DNA of 64,000 nt from Chamaesiphon sp. (GTDB taxonomy: Bacteria > Cyanobacteriota > Cyanobacteriia > Cyanobacteriales > Chamaesiphonaceae). The translations under genes were made by a program, and so were the position numbers. The notes under the pieces were generated by a model, which worked only from the letters and a program-made list of their open reading frames with translations, ran no database searches and was not told where the DNA came from. The stretch covers positions 1 to 64,000 of the forward strand of contig CBDFFH010000015.1 in the NCBI GenBank assembly GCA_965246715.1. Direction: 5' to 3'. Shown one piece after another: positions 12,052-21,365 of this stretch. Numbering within the stretch: position 1 is the stretch's first letter; the number at the start of each line of letters is the position of its first letter.

Positions 12052-12354
12052 ATGTTACACCGCAAGCTTTATCAACTGTGTGAAGATGGTCGGGAAGTGT
12101 GCATTTTCTTGCGCGATCAACAACGGTGGATCGAACGCGCGCGCATTACAGACATCGAAGGCGATCTCGTCACTATCCGCTATGAAACCGACGAAGATGA
12201 TGAGGTTTCTGCTTGGGAAGAAATGGTGCGCTTAGAAAGTATCGCTTCGATCAGTCAGAAACTGGCCTCTGTCTACAGAGGAAATGCCGAACCGTTAGTC
12301 TCCGACGAGTGTCACGAGTTAGAACAAATTCGTCCCGCAACCCCAGAAGAATAA
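12052..12354 (+). CDS. Conserved cyanobacterial hypothetical protein (DUF6679-like)
   Basis: MLHRKLYQLC...IFLRDQQRWIE...WEEMVRLESI; AGGAG RBS upstream. Confidence 0.75.
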   Translation: MLHRKLYQLCEDGREVCIFLRDQQRWIERARITDIEGDLVTIRYETDEDDEVSAWEEMVRLESIASISQKLASVYRGNAEPLVSDECHELEQIRPATPEE

Positions 12355-12668
12355 TCCAACAACAAACAACCTCCCATCCCTCAATATTATGTCTCAAAAT
12401 GCTATTTTCCGACCTTGTAAGGAGTAATGATACCCCTTGAATCTATGGCTCTGGCCAGTTATTGGCTAATTTAGAGCTAAAGTCTACATTTCGCACTTCA
12501 ATTTTCACGACACATACTAGTCACGAAGACTCAACGGTTTGGCGAGGCTACCGATCGTAACTCGCCGATCGCCGCGACGTAAATCTAGGCTTTTTATGTG
12601 CTACTTTTCTGAAGTGCAGAATGTGGATCGAGACATTATCGCTAACGCGAATATTATAAAAAGTTTCT

Positions 12669-12781
12669 GGCGTTGCTGAATTGATGTATGAAACCATCGG
12701 TAGGGGCAATTCATGAATTGCCCCTACCGATGGTTCTAGCTATTGCACATTTCTTGAATCATCCCTGCATTGAGCAACGCC
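12669..12781. mobile_element. 113-bp MITE carrying a GTAG-type REP palindrome
   Basis: TIRs GGCGTTGCT / AGCAACGCC; 8-bp duplication AAGTTTCT at 12661-12668 and 12782-12789; internal palindrome ACCATCGGTAGGGGCAATTCATGAATTGCCCCTACCGATGGT. Confidence 0.8.
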
Positions 12782-13429
12782 AAGTTTCTAAGCAATAGGG
12801 AGTAGCCGTGGCATTATTCGTGCCTGCTTGAGTTCCACCTAGGAAAGAACGGTTGAGGGGCTGCCCAAAGAGGATGCCCAGCCGATTGCCAGGAGCAAAT
12901 GCATCTTTGAAGCTCGCACCGATCGTCCAGCCTGAAAAGTCCTAGATTTGGTAGCCTAGCGATTGTGTCTCGATCGCTTTCTACGTCGGGAAACAATGGC
13001 GTGCGCGCATCGCAAATCGCTGCTACATTTACAAAACCTGCCTCCGCAGGTTGCCGAAAACCTTAGTCTGCGGAGCGGCGAGCGCTCTGGAGGTTTCCTC
13101 CAGGTTTAGCGCGCCAAGACAGGCAGACTTTGGCGGTTTTAACCGCTAGCAGCTTTTCAGACACCCTCTGACGTAAAATAAGGTTTTCACGCTCTCGAAA
13201 AACATTCTTGAAATAGAATTCTCGATCGATGACTCCTAGCTTCATTTCTGCACCACCTTCAAATGAGTTTGCGGATGCTCTTCAGGCGAAGGTTTCCTCC
13301 GCATCTGTTGCACCAAGCAGCGGTGCGCGCTCGTCATCTCTCTGCGCCAGAGAGATGTGATTGGAGGTGCCCTCCAACCCTGATTCCGCAGGTAGGAAGG
13401 GAAAATCCTGTATCCCGAACTCACGTTAA

Positions 13430-14446
13430 TTAAATCGAATAATAGAGCGGAAAGGATTTCGCCTCTTTTGGTTTGACGTAGACAGTCTGTTGTGGCTCTA
13501 ATTTTAGCTCGTCAAATCGATCGCGGGTCAAATGCGCGGAAATTACCTGACCGTCGGCGAGTAATAATTCGGCTTGAATTTCCCAACCTAGATGAATGAT
13601 TCGATTGACTGTTGCAGTAGTCATCGTACTATCTGGCTCGATCGAAATCGAGATATCTTGTGGGCGGAGATAGACTTGGGGATGTGATGATTCAAACCCA
13701 TTATTTTGGAAGATATCCGCGCTACTAGGCAGCACATTGACAGGGCCGATAAAACTCATTACAAATGCACTCGCAGGTCGGTCATAAATCTCCGCTGCGC
13801 TGCCGACTTGCTCGATTTGACCTTTATTCATCACCACGATTTTATCGGCTACTTCCATCGCCTCCTCTTGGTCGTGGGTGACAAAGACGGTAGTAACATG
13901 AACTTCATCGTGGAGGCGGCGCAACCAGGCACGTAAATCCTTCCTAACTTTGGCATCTAGCGCGCCAAAGGGTTCGTCTAAGAGTAATACTTTGGGTTCG
14001 ACGGCGAGAGAACGCGCTAAAGCTACCCGCTGGCGTTGTCCGCCGGATAGTTGGGAGGGATATCGATCGCCCAAACCGCTTAATTGGACTAGTTCCAGCA
14101 ACTCATCGGCGCGGGCTTTGATTCTTTCGGGGCTGGCTTTGCGGAGCTTCAAACCAAAGCCGATATTTTCCCGAATTGTCATGTGCTTGAATAAGGCGTA
14201 ATGCTGGAACACAAAGCCGATATTTCGCTCTTGCACGCTTTGATGGGTGGCATCGGTGCCTGTGAGCCAGATTTTGCCACTATCGGGGGTTTCTAGTCCG
14301 GCAATCAGGCGTAACAGTGTAGATTTACCTGAGCCGGATGGCCCAAGGAGAGCGACTAGGGCACCGGATTCAATTTCGAGATCGACGCTATCGACTGCTT
14401 GAAAGCTGCCAAATCGTTTGGAGACATTTTTTACTGATATACCCAC
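13430..14446 (-). CDS. cysA: Sulfate/thiosulfate ABC transporter ATP-binding protein
   Basis: Walker [37 protein letters not shown]; next to cysW/cysT/sbp. Confidence 0.95.
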   Translation of the reverse strand: MGISVKNVSKRFGSFQAVDSVDLEIESGALVALLGPSGSGKSTLLRLIAGLETPDSGKIWLTGTDATHQSVQERNIGFVFQHYALFKHMTIRENIGFGLKLRKASPERIKARADELLELVQLSGLGDRYPSQLSGGQRQRVALARSLAVEPKVLLLDEPFGALDAKVRKDLRAWLRRLHDEVHVTTVFVTHDQEEAMEVADKIVVMNKGQIEQVGSAAEIYDRPASAFVMSFIGPVNVLPSSADIFQNNGFESSHPQVYLRPQDISISIEPDSTMTTATVNRIIHLGWEIQAELLLADGQVISAHLTRDRFDELKLEPQQTVYVKPKEAKSFPLYYSI

Positions 14447-14669
14447 TCTCTGATTACCTTTAAAATAAATTTTCTGATAAAATTTCGATCGACACCTTTA
14501 GACATTCAATATAGATTGTTAGTGCTGAGTTTGACCCCACCCCGTTCGCATCGCGTCGCTCTCAGGAGAGGAGGGGAATTTTTGGGTCGATCTATAATTA
14601 TTTATTTTAAGGCAAGTACGACAGATCGAGCGGGAAACCGTGATATCTTGAAAAGAGTGTTTTCTCAAA

Positions 14670-15113
14670 TTGCTTGTGGAACTGTCCTCTCGATTGGAAT
14701 ATGCATTAGTTGCCTTGCTAGAAATAGCTAAGTATCAAGACCAAGGCAAACCCCTAAAAGTTAATGAGATTGCGGCGAGTCAGTCATTACCAGAACGCTA
14801 TCTCGACCAAATTTTTACAGCCCTCAAGCGTCAAGGGATTATTTCGAGTCAGCGGGGAATGAAGGGGGGGTATTTACTTGCCAAAGAGCTGTGGCAAATT
14901 ACCTTACTAGATGTAGTGATCGCGATCGAGGGTGGCGGCAATCAAAAGAAAGTCGATCCGACTACCTCGAATACTTTAGAAAAAACCGTCATCGTGCAAA
15001 CTTTCGACGGAATTAAAGATTCGGTTAATGAGATTTTACAAGGTTATACATTGCAGGATTTAGCCAAAACTTTAGAAACCCAAAAGCAGAGCAGTCCGAT
15101 GTATTATATTTAG
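14670..15113 (+). CDS. Rrf2-family transcriptional regulator (CymR-like; lacks the IscR Cys triad)
   Basis: YALVALLEIA, ERYLDQI, SQRGMKGGYLLA, ITLLDVV; start may be GTG at 14676. Confidence 0.9.
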   Translation: MLVELSSRLEYALVALLEIAKYQDQGKPLKVNEIAASQSLPERYLDQIFTALKRQGIISSQRGMKGGYLLAKELWQITLLDVVIAIEGGGNQKKVDPTTSNTLEKTVIVQTFDGIKDSVNEILQGYTLQDLAKTLETQKQSSPMYYI

Positions 15114-15389
15114 CTACATAGGTTGGTTAGAGCCTCTTATTGGTAACGGTTACAATTTTTATTACCCCTGGGACGCTTACTGATATAGTTATCTATGCTT
15201 CGATCGCTTAAACATTCATTATCATGTAATATTTTTTAGAACGCACTATACCTATAATGCTCTGTAGATTTATCATCCGAACAAATAAAAGATTCGTATC
15301 GATTCAATAAAAATGATTTATCAATTAAGTCATACTCCAACCATTTGACGTGGAATTTCATGTCTGTCAATGCTCGCCCGATCGATTCT

Positions 15390-15483
15390 TGCTCGAACAT
15401 CAATTTTCAACTAACTCACATTAATTAATAATCTACTGCTCGAACATCAATTTTCAACTAACTCACATTAATTAATAATCTAC
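15390..15483. repeat. Perfect 47-bp tandem duplication
   Basis: TGCTCGAACATCAATTTTCAACTAACTCACATTAATTAATAATCTAC at 15390-15436 and 15437-15483. Confidence 0.95.
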
Positions 15484-16331
15484 AATTCATCCTTAATTCG
15501 AGTTTTACTTTCTAAGATTTCTTTGATAACCAAAGTAACTGCGGCGAGTAAAGCTAATAAAACTGCGGCTGAAAAAGCGGCTTCGGTTTCGTATTGCTTG
15601 TAAGCTTCTTCCACGAATAACGGTAAACTTTGAGTCGTATTGGCGACATTTCCCGACACGACCGATACTGCGCCAAATTCGCCCATCGCTCTAGCATTTG
15701 TTAGCAATACTCCATACATCAACCCCCACCGAATATTGGGAAGTGTGACGCGCCAAAAAATCTGCCAATCGCTAGCGCCTAATGTTCTCGCCGCTTCCTC
15801 CTGATCGACCCCAGCTTCTTCTAAGACGGGAATCACCTCCCGCACCACGAATGGCATACTCACAAAAGCTGTTGCCAAAGCCATCCCCGGAAAAGCAAAA
15901 ACGATGTCGATGCCACGCTCTTGGAACCAGCCTCCAAACCAGCCTTGACGACCATAAAGTAGCATAATCATCAAACCTGCTACGACCGGAGAAATCGACA
16001 GCGGTAGATCGATAATACTCAATAATAACGTGCGACCAGGAAATTTGTGCCGCGCGATCGACCAAGCTGCACATAACCCAAAAATCGTATTAATCGGTAC
16101 GGAAATTAACGCCAATAAGATAGTTACTTTGGCAGCATTGAGAAAATCCGGTCGGGTAAGATTGGCTAGAAATGGCTCGAATCCTTTGTGAAATGCTTGA
16201 TAAAAAACATTAATTGCGGGTATATAAATAATTAGACTTATGTAAGCGATCGCAATCCCAATTAAAACGATCGGTATCCAATTAGTTGCTTTCTTTCCGG
16301 GGCCTTGTCTTACCATCGCATCATTCCTCAT
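15480..16331 (-). CDS. cysW: Sulfate ABC transporter permease CysW
   Basis: [33 protein letters not shown]. Confidence 0.95.
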   Translation of the reverse strand: MRNDAMVRQGPGKKATNWIPIVLIGIAIAYISLIIYIPAINVFYQAFHKGFEPFLANLTRPDFLNAAKVTILLALISVPINTIFGLCAAWSIARHKFPGRTLLLSIIDLPLSISPVVAGLMIMLLYGRQGWFGGWFQERGIDIVFAFPGMALATAFVSMPFVVREVIPVLEEAGVDQEEAARTLGASDWQIFWRVTLPNIRWGLMYGVLLTNARAMGEFGAVSVVSGNVANTTQSLPLFVEEAYKQYETEAAFSAAVLLALLAAVTLVIKEILESKTRIKDEL

Positions 16332-17187
16332 AGCGTTGACCCCAAGCTTGTAAAATGTTGATTGCCAGGAGCAACACTAGTGAAATTAATAGCAATACTA
16401 CCCCAATCGTCGTTGCCCCAGCATAGTCGTATTGTTCCAATCTTTGGAAGACTAAAACGGGGGCAATTAAGTCTTTGAATGGCGTATTCGAGGCGATAAT
16501 TACCGTCGAGCCATATTCGCCCACCGCACGGGAGAAACCCAGTGCCATCCCTGTAAGGATCGAGGGTAATAATGGCGGTAAAATTACTTGGCGGAAAGTT
16601 TGCCAGTCCGATGCACCCAGACACCAAGCAGCTTCTTCGATATCGCGTTCCATCTCCATTAGGACAGGTTGGACGGTGCGGACGATAAATGGCAGCGAGA
16701 TAAATAACATCGCAATCGCGACACCCAACCGCGTGAAAGCGATTTTAATCCCGAATGGGGCGAAAATACTGCCAATCCAACCATTATCGCTGTAGACCGT
16801 GGCGAGAGTCAGTCCAGCAACTGAAGTCGGTAATGCAAACGGGAGATCGATCGAAGCATCGATAATCCGTTTCCCTGGGAAATCATACCGCACTAGCACC
16901 CACGCGATCGCGGTACCAAATAAGCCATTGACAAATGCGGCAATTAGCGAGGTTGTGAACGTGATGTCATATGTGGATAATGCTACCGGACTGGTGGCCA
17001 CTTCCCAAAACTTAGCCCAGCCGCCAGAACTAGCTTTGGTAAACATCGCCGCTAAGGGCAGAAATAGCATCGCCGTGAGGTAAAACCAGGTGATGCGCCA
17101 CGTCCATGTTAGAGTGCGAATACGATCGAACCACACGCGCCATGCGGGTTTGGGTTTGACGAGTTGGGCGTTGATAATATTGGACAT
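16321..17187 (-). CDS. cysT: Sulfate ABC transporter permease CysT
   Basis: [34 protein letters not shown]. Confidence 0.95.
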   Translation of the reverse strand: MSNIINAQLVKPKPAWRVWFDRIRTLTWTWRITWFYLTAMLFLPLAAMFTKASSGGWAKFWEVATSPVALSTYDITFTTSLIAAFVNGLFGTAIAWVLVRYDFPGKRIIDASIDLPFALPTSVAGLTLATVYSDNGWIGSIFAPFGIKIAFTRLGVAIAMLFISLPFIVRTVQPVLMEMERDIEEAAWCLGASDWQTFRQVILPPLLPSILTGMALGFSRAVGEYGSTVIIASNTPFKDLIAPVLVFQRLEQYDYAGATTIGVVLLLISLVLLLAINILQAWGQRYEE

Positions 17188-17237
17188 ACTTAATTGATAT
17201 CTTGCATCGATCGATCCGGAGCGCAGTGTTAGGCGAT

Positions 17238-17624
17238 CTAGCTGGATGATGTCAGCGAACAGACCTCCATGACTTGAATCAAGCCACGATCGATGGTGAA
17301 GCGATGACCAACATGCTCATCAGCAACCACGTTTCCAGCCAGATCGCGCACGACTTGGTGCACATCGACCAAAATCTGCCCGCCCTCCTCTGGGTGAAAG
17401 GCACTCGGCTCTACATGCCCATCGATCTCGCTCCATTGCTCCGTCCAGTAAGCGCGGACTTCTTCATGTCCATGGACAAAACCGCCTTTGAACGCTCGCG
17501 GCCAAACCACGTCCGCAGTCATGAGGGCGAGGGCGGCGTTGATGTCTCGGGCGTTGAAAGCAGCGTATGCCGCACGTAACAATTCAATTTCTGATGCAGG
17601 TTGATTTAACATAAAAGATCTCAA
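17238..17624 (-). CDS. SnoaL/NTF2-like domain protein
   Basis: [28 protein letters not shown]. Confidence 0.85.
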   Translation of the reverse strand: MRSFMLNQPASEIELLRAAYAAFNARDINAALALMTADVVWPRAFKGGFVHGHEEVRAYWTEQWSEIDGHVEPSAFHPEEGGQILVDVHQVVRDLAGNVVADEHVGHRFTIDRGLIQVMEVCSLTSSS

Positions 17625-17752
17625 ATGGATTCTATCAAAACTAAAAACTATTTAAATGTAGGCATTGCCCACCACAAAGATTTGAGCTAGTTCTCATCTT
17701 AATAAATATAAGTCGATCGACTTCAGATCGATCGACTTATTTACCCACCTAA

Positions 17753-18805
17753 TTATTTCTTCCCACTTTGAATTTTGTCGTAGACCCCACCATCATCAAA
17801 GAATTTTGCCTGAAAACTAGACCAACCGCCAAATTCGGCGATCGTACCTAACTTTTTAATCTTAGGAAAACGGGGATCTGCTGGTGCTGTCGCTGCTGGA
17901 CGATAACCCAGTTTGACAAATTCGGCTTGGGATTCGGGGGTAAATAGATATTGCACAAAGGCTTCGACGACTGCGCGGTTGCCATGTTTATCGACGTTTT
18001 TATCGACGATGGCGACTGGTGTATCGATCGAGACATTTACCTCTGGCACGATATAATCAAGCGACTGTCCGCGATCTTTGGCAAACAGGATCTCATTTTC
18101 ATAATTTAGTAACGCATCGCCTTGTCCTTGTTTGACGAAAGCATCGGTAGCTTCCCGGGCATCTTTGGGCAAGACAGCAACATTTTTGAACGCAGCGGTA
18201 GCAAACTCTGTCGCTTTAGCTTCATTCGCGCCGGATTTAATCGCATCATTCCAGATCGCCAAAAAGTTCCAGCGCGCGCCGCCGGATGTTTTGGGGTTGG
18301 CGGTTACCCATTTGACATCAGGACGGGCGAGATCGGCAAACGATTTAATTTTTTTTGGATTTCCCGCACGGGTAATAATTGCCGCTACGGACTGAGCGAC
18401 GATCCCTTTATTGGGTAACTTTTTATTCCAGTCAGCAGCAACGAGCGATGATTTGACTAATTTATCGACATCGCCACTCAAAGATAAATGCACGACATCA
18501 GCAGGTAATCCATCGATGACAGCACGGGTTTGGGAGCCGGAACCCCCATAAGTTTGTTTGAAGGTGACTTTTTGGTTGTGTTCCTGCTGCCATTTAGCGG
18601 CAAACTTTTTGATAATTACATCATGGGCGGCTTTGGGCACAGCGTAGCCGACGAGTGTAATTTCGACATCTTTGGTTGATGCTGCCCCAGGCTGGTTACT
18701 AGGATTCGACCCCGAGCCGCCACCATTGCCGCAGGCAACTAGGGAAATCATACTCGCACCTAAAAATAACCTCGAGAGTAATCTTTGCACCTGTTGCCTA
18801 CCCAT
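17753..18805 (-). CDS. sbpA: Sulfate ABC transporter substrate-binding lipoprotein
   Basis: Lipobox LVAC; YGGSGSQ, NPKTSGGARW, NYENE; start likely ATG 18805. Confidence 0.93.
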   Translation of the reverse strand: MGRQQVQRLLSRLFLGASMISLVACGNGGGSGSNPSNQPGAASTKDVEITLVGYAVPKAAHDVIIKKFAAKWQQEHNQKVTFKQTYGGSGSQTRAVIDGLPADVVHLSLSGDVDKLVKSSLVAADWNKKLPNKGIVAQSVAAIITRAGNPKKIKSFADLARPDVKWVTANPKTSGGARWNFLAIWNDAIKSGANEAKATEFATAAFKNVAVLPKDAREATDAFVKQGQGDALLNYENEILFAKDRGQSLDYIVPEVNVSIDTPVAIVDKNVDKHGNRAVVEAFVQYLFTPESQAEFVKLGYRPAATAPADPRFPKIKKLGTIAEFGGWSSFQAKFFDDGGVYDKIQSGKK

Positions 18806-18986
18806 CACGATCTTGTCCTTTGTTAAATTTACGGTATTTGAATCGGAATAGTGTCTAAGTCTGTCAATTATCTTAGCAACATCCACACTGCAGGTCAACA
18901 AGTGCGCGATCGAGTATTCCCAACCCGCCTTCACCAGATTACCGTGATGGACGGATGTTGCAGTCAAAACAGCCTCTGCTGTAGAT

Positions 18987-19196
18987 AACCCAAGTTGCTA
19001 CCTATAAAAATGCCAACGATTGTGATGCAAAGTCCGGTTGTTGCCGCGAGCGGCAAAAGCCTGCCTACGCGGACTAGGAAAGTCAGTCCGCGTAGGCGGA
19101 CTTTGTATTGTTAGCCCCGATTTCAATCGGCGGCGGTGCAAGAACAAAGCCAGAAGCCATTGAGTGTAGATCCTTATCCCGAACTCAGGTTGGGTT
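18987..19196. repeat. Composite REP/MITE-like repeat with paired AGTCCGCGTAGGCGGACT palindromes
   Basis: Inverted REP pair 19029-19104; end motif TATCCCGAACTCAGGTT is related to about 13411-13427 and about 58150; related REP pairs at 8885-8933, 13033-13130 and 57995-58043. Confidence 0.6.
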
Positions 19197-19455
19197 ATAG
19201 ATATGAAGCTTCGAGCCACAGTTCTAAATCTAGCGTCTTGAGATAATTCAGTGCCAACTCGATCTCTTGACTGCTCCCTTGCAAATCGAGATCGAACCAG
19301 CCATCGCCTTTACCATTCGATCCCAACATCGCTGCTTTGATATTAATCGTCAGATGATAGTCAGAGACTAGTGTCGAAATAACTGGTTCTTGATGGTGCT
19401 TTTCGGGAATACGCACGCGAATTCGTTTGGTGGTCTGGCTTTGCAGTTGGTTCAT
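19195..19455 (-). CDS. NIL-domain small protein
   Basis: RIRVRIP...EPVISTLVSDY...GWFDLDLQG. Confidence 0.8.
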   Translation of the reverse strand: MNQLQSQTTKRIRVRIPEKHHQEPVISTLVSDYHLTINIKAAMLGSNGKGDGWFDLDLQGSSQEIELALNYLKTLDLELWLEASYL

Positions 19456-19784
19456 CGTCCTTAAACCTCAAAATCTACGGTAATTCGGTCGGGATACTTT
19501 ACTAATTCTAATTTAACAGGGTTTAGGGCATTCGAGCAAATTTAGTTTGGTGTTAAAACCGCAGCAACACAAATAAAGCCCGCAGACGCGGGCTAACTGA
19601 CTTGCTTGGCATTATTTATTTTAGGGAAGCCCCGAACTTTCGGGCAATTGCATAAATTGCCCCCACGCAAGGCAGAATTGCTGCCGCTATCGCTTGTGCA
19701 AGTTGAGAAAGCTGCATACACCATCGATCGATCGAGGAGATCTTCACTAACAATGGAAGATAAGACAAATAATAAATAATAACT

Positions 19785-20555
19785 ATGTACGGCAGTGTAG
19801 CAGCTTTTAATTCTGGCCTGATTTTCTTGGCACTATTAGCCTTTGGCTTATTAAATTGGTTTCAAATGCCAACAGGAAGTTTAATCGATTGGGCGATCGG
19901 GATTGGTATTTTTGAGTGGATAATTTTGATCGTGACGGTACCCTGGAATATTTATTTCTCAGCACGATCGACAGTTCAAACTGGTAGAGAATCTCAGGAG
20001 AATGGTATTACTGTAGACGATCGCCAAATCCGTTATGCAAGTGGTATTGCTAAGCGATCGTTGATTGTCGCAATTTCATTACATTTCATCACTGCAGCTG
20101 GACTATATTGGCTAGCAATTAGTGGCATCACTGCATTAGGTTATTTGAGTTCGGTAGGCGTATTATTGCTCACACTGCTGCGTCCGGCAATTAGTACTTA
20201 TGAGTATTTAGCCGAGCGGCTGACAGCAATGCGATCGCAATTTACCTATCCGCGTATGGATATCTTGGAATTGCGCGATCGGTTCCAACGATTGGAAGAT
20301 CGGGTGACTGAATTAGCCAGTCAATTAGATGCTAATGACGATAACTCTTGGCTGAGCGAACAAGACCGTCGGTGGGAAACCAATCGTAATGAAATCGCCA
20401 AACTTACCGCGACGATCGCCGATTTTAAAGCAAGTAACGAGTTAGACCATCAACGATTGGCTCAAGAAGCAAAACAAGCTATTTCTCAAATTACCGTTGA
20501 TGGACAATTTCTCGAACATGCCCGCGAACTCATCAGATTTTTTAAGACAGCCTGA
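19785..20555 (+). CDS. Conserved membrane protein with a C-terminal coiled coil
   Basis: Four hydrophobic segments, TVPWNIYF, then a heptad-rich tail. Confidence 0.75.
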   Translation: MYGSVAAFNSGLIFLALLAFGLLNWFQMPTGSLIDWAIGIGIFEWIILIVTVPWNIYFSARSTVQTGRESQENGITVDDRQIRYASGIAKRSLIVAISLHFITAAGLYWLAISGITALGYLSSVGVLLLTLLRPAISTYEYLAERLTAMRSQFTYPRMDILELRDRFQRLEDRVTELASQLDANDDNSWLSEQDRRWETNRNEIAKLTATIADFKASNELDHQRLAQEAKQAISQITVDGQFLEHARELIRFFKTA

Positions 20556-20590
20556 TGAATTAGGAATTATGAATTATTAGCCACTATTTA

Positions 20591-21130
20591 CTAATTCGAT
20601 GAGTTGCCAGATGCGAGTTTGACAGTTTTAGTACCGATCGCTTGTAGGCTAGCTTTGTGATAGAAACCCGGACGGCGTTTGGTAGCTGGAAACTGCCACT
20701 GATAGCCTTCAGCATCGGTATGCGCGGCCATCAACTGCGACCACCGCAGCGGATTATTAGCAGCTGCTAATAATTTATTGGGTTGCTCGATCTGCAATCG
20801 TGTCGCCAAGGCACCTAGTTCTAACTTCATGCAAGTAGCAATTTCGCCTTGACTGTCGATCGTCAGCGTTTGGGCATCTTTAGCTTGATTGAGCGCGTTC
20901 AAGACATTGTAAACTTGATAGTTAGCTTGTTGATGTCGATCCAGCAACTCAGTCAACCGCGAGATGGCGATCGAGCAGTGGCTGTCTAGCTCAGCGTCCC
21001 GCCGCGAATTTAGCAGTTGGGTGAGGCACTCAACTTGTTTCTGTTGAAGTTGCAGCAGATCGTGGTGACTAGAGAGGGTTTGCTTGAGCGAATGTTCCAA
21101 GCGATCGATTTCTTGACTGATAGTTGTCAT
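20591..21130 (-). CDS. Hypothetical coiled-coil protein
   Basis: 179-aa ORF filling the gap; Leu/Gln heptads. Confidence 0.6.
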   Translation of the reverse strand: MTTISQEIDRLEHSLKQTLSSHHDLLQLQQKQVECLTQLLNSRRDAELDSHCSIAISRLTELLDRHQQANYQVYNVLNALNQAKDAQTLTIDSQGEIATCMKLELGALATRLQIEQPNKLLAAANNPLRWSQLMAAHTDAEGYQWQFPATKRRPGFYHKASLQAIGTKTVKLASGNSSN

Positions 21131-21365
21131 AATATTTAAGTCTCACAGTAGAGCAGATGAAAGAGTCGGCGGTAGATGCAAGGCTAAATTCTGAGTCAAG
21201 GCTAAATATCGCAGCAACTTACGCCTGATACTAAAAATAGAGTTCCCAATTTAGCGCCGAGATCTTGCTAAAATTCACCTCAAATTAAAAATTTTCTCGA
21301 TCGGTGGCCTAAACCCCGTAAAATAGATCGGATTTACCCATTTTGCACTTCCCTCCTAAAACCCT

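Noticed and set aside
12814..13424. Three 60-aa ORFs, or a 6S/SRP/group II intron RNA
   Set aside because: The ORFs cross repeats, and I found no diagnostic motif for these RNAs.
15390..15483. Direct repeat as a mini CRISPR array
   Set aside because: Two abutting copies with no spacer.
18806..18967. N-terminal extension of sbpA in the ORF track
   Set aside because: The lipoprotein signal peptide starts at about 18805 and the extension overlaps the candidate operator.
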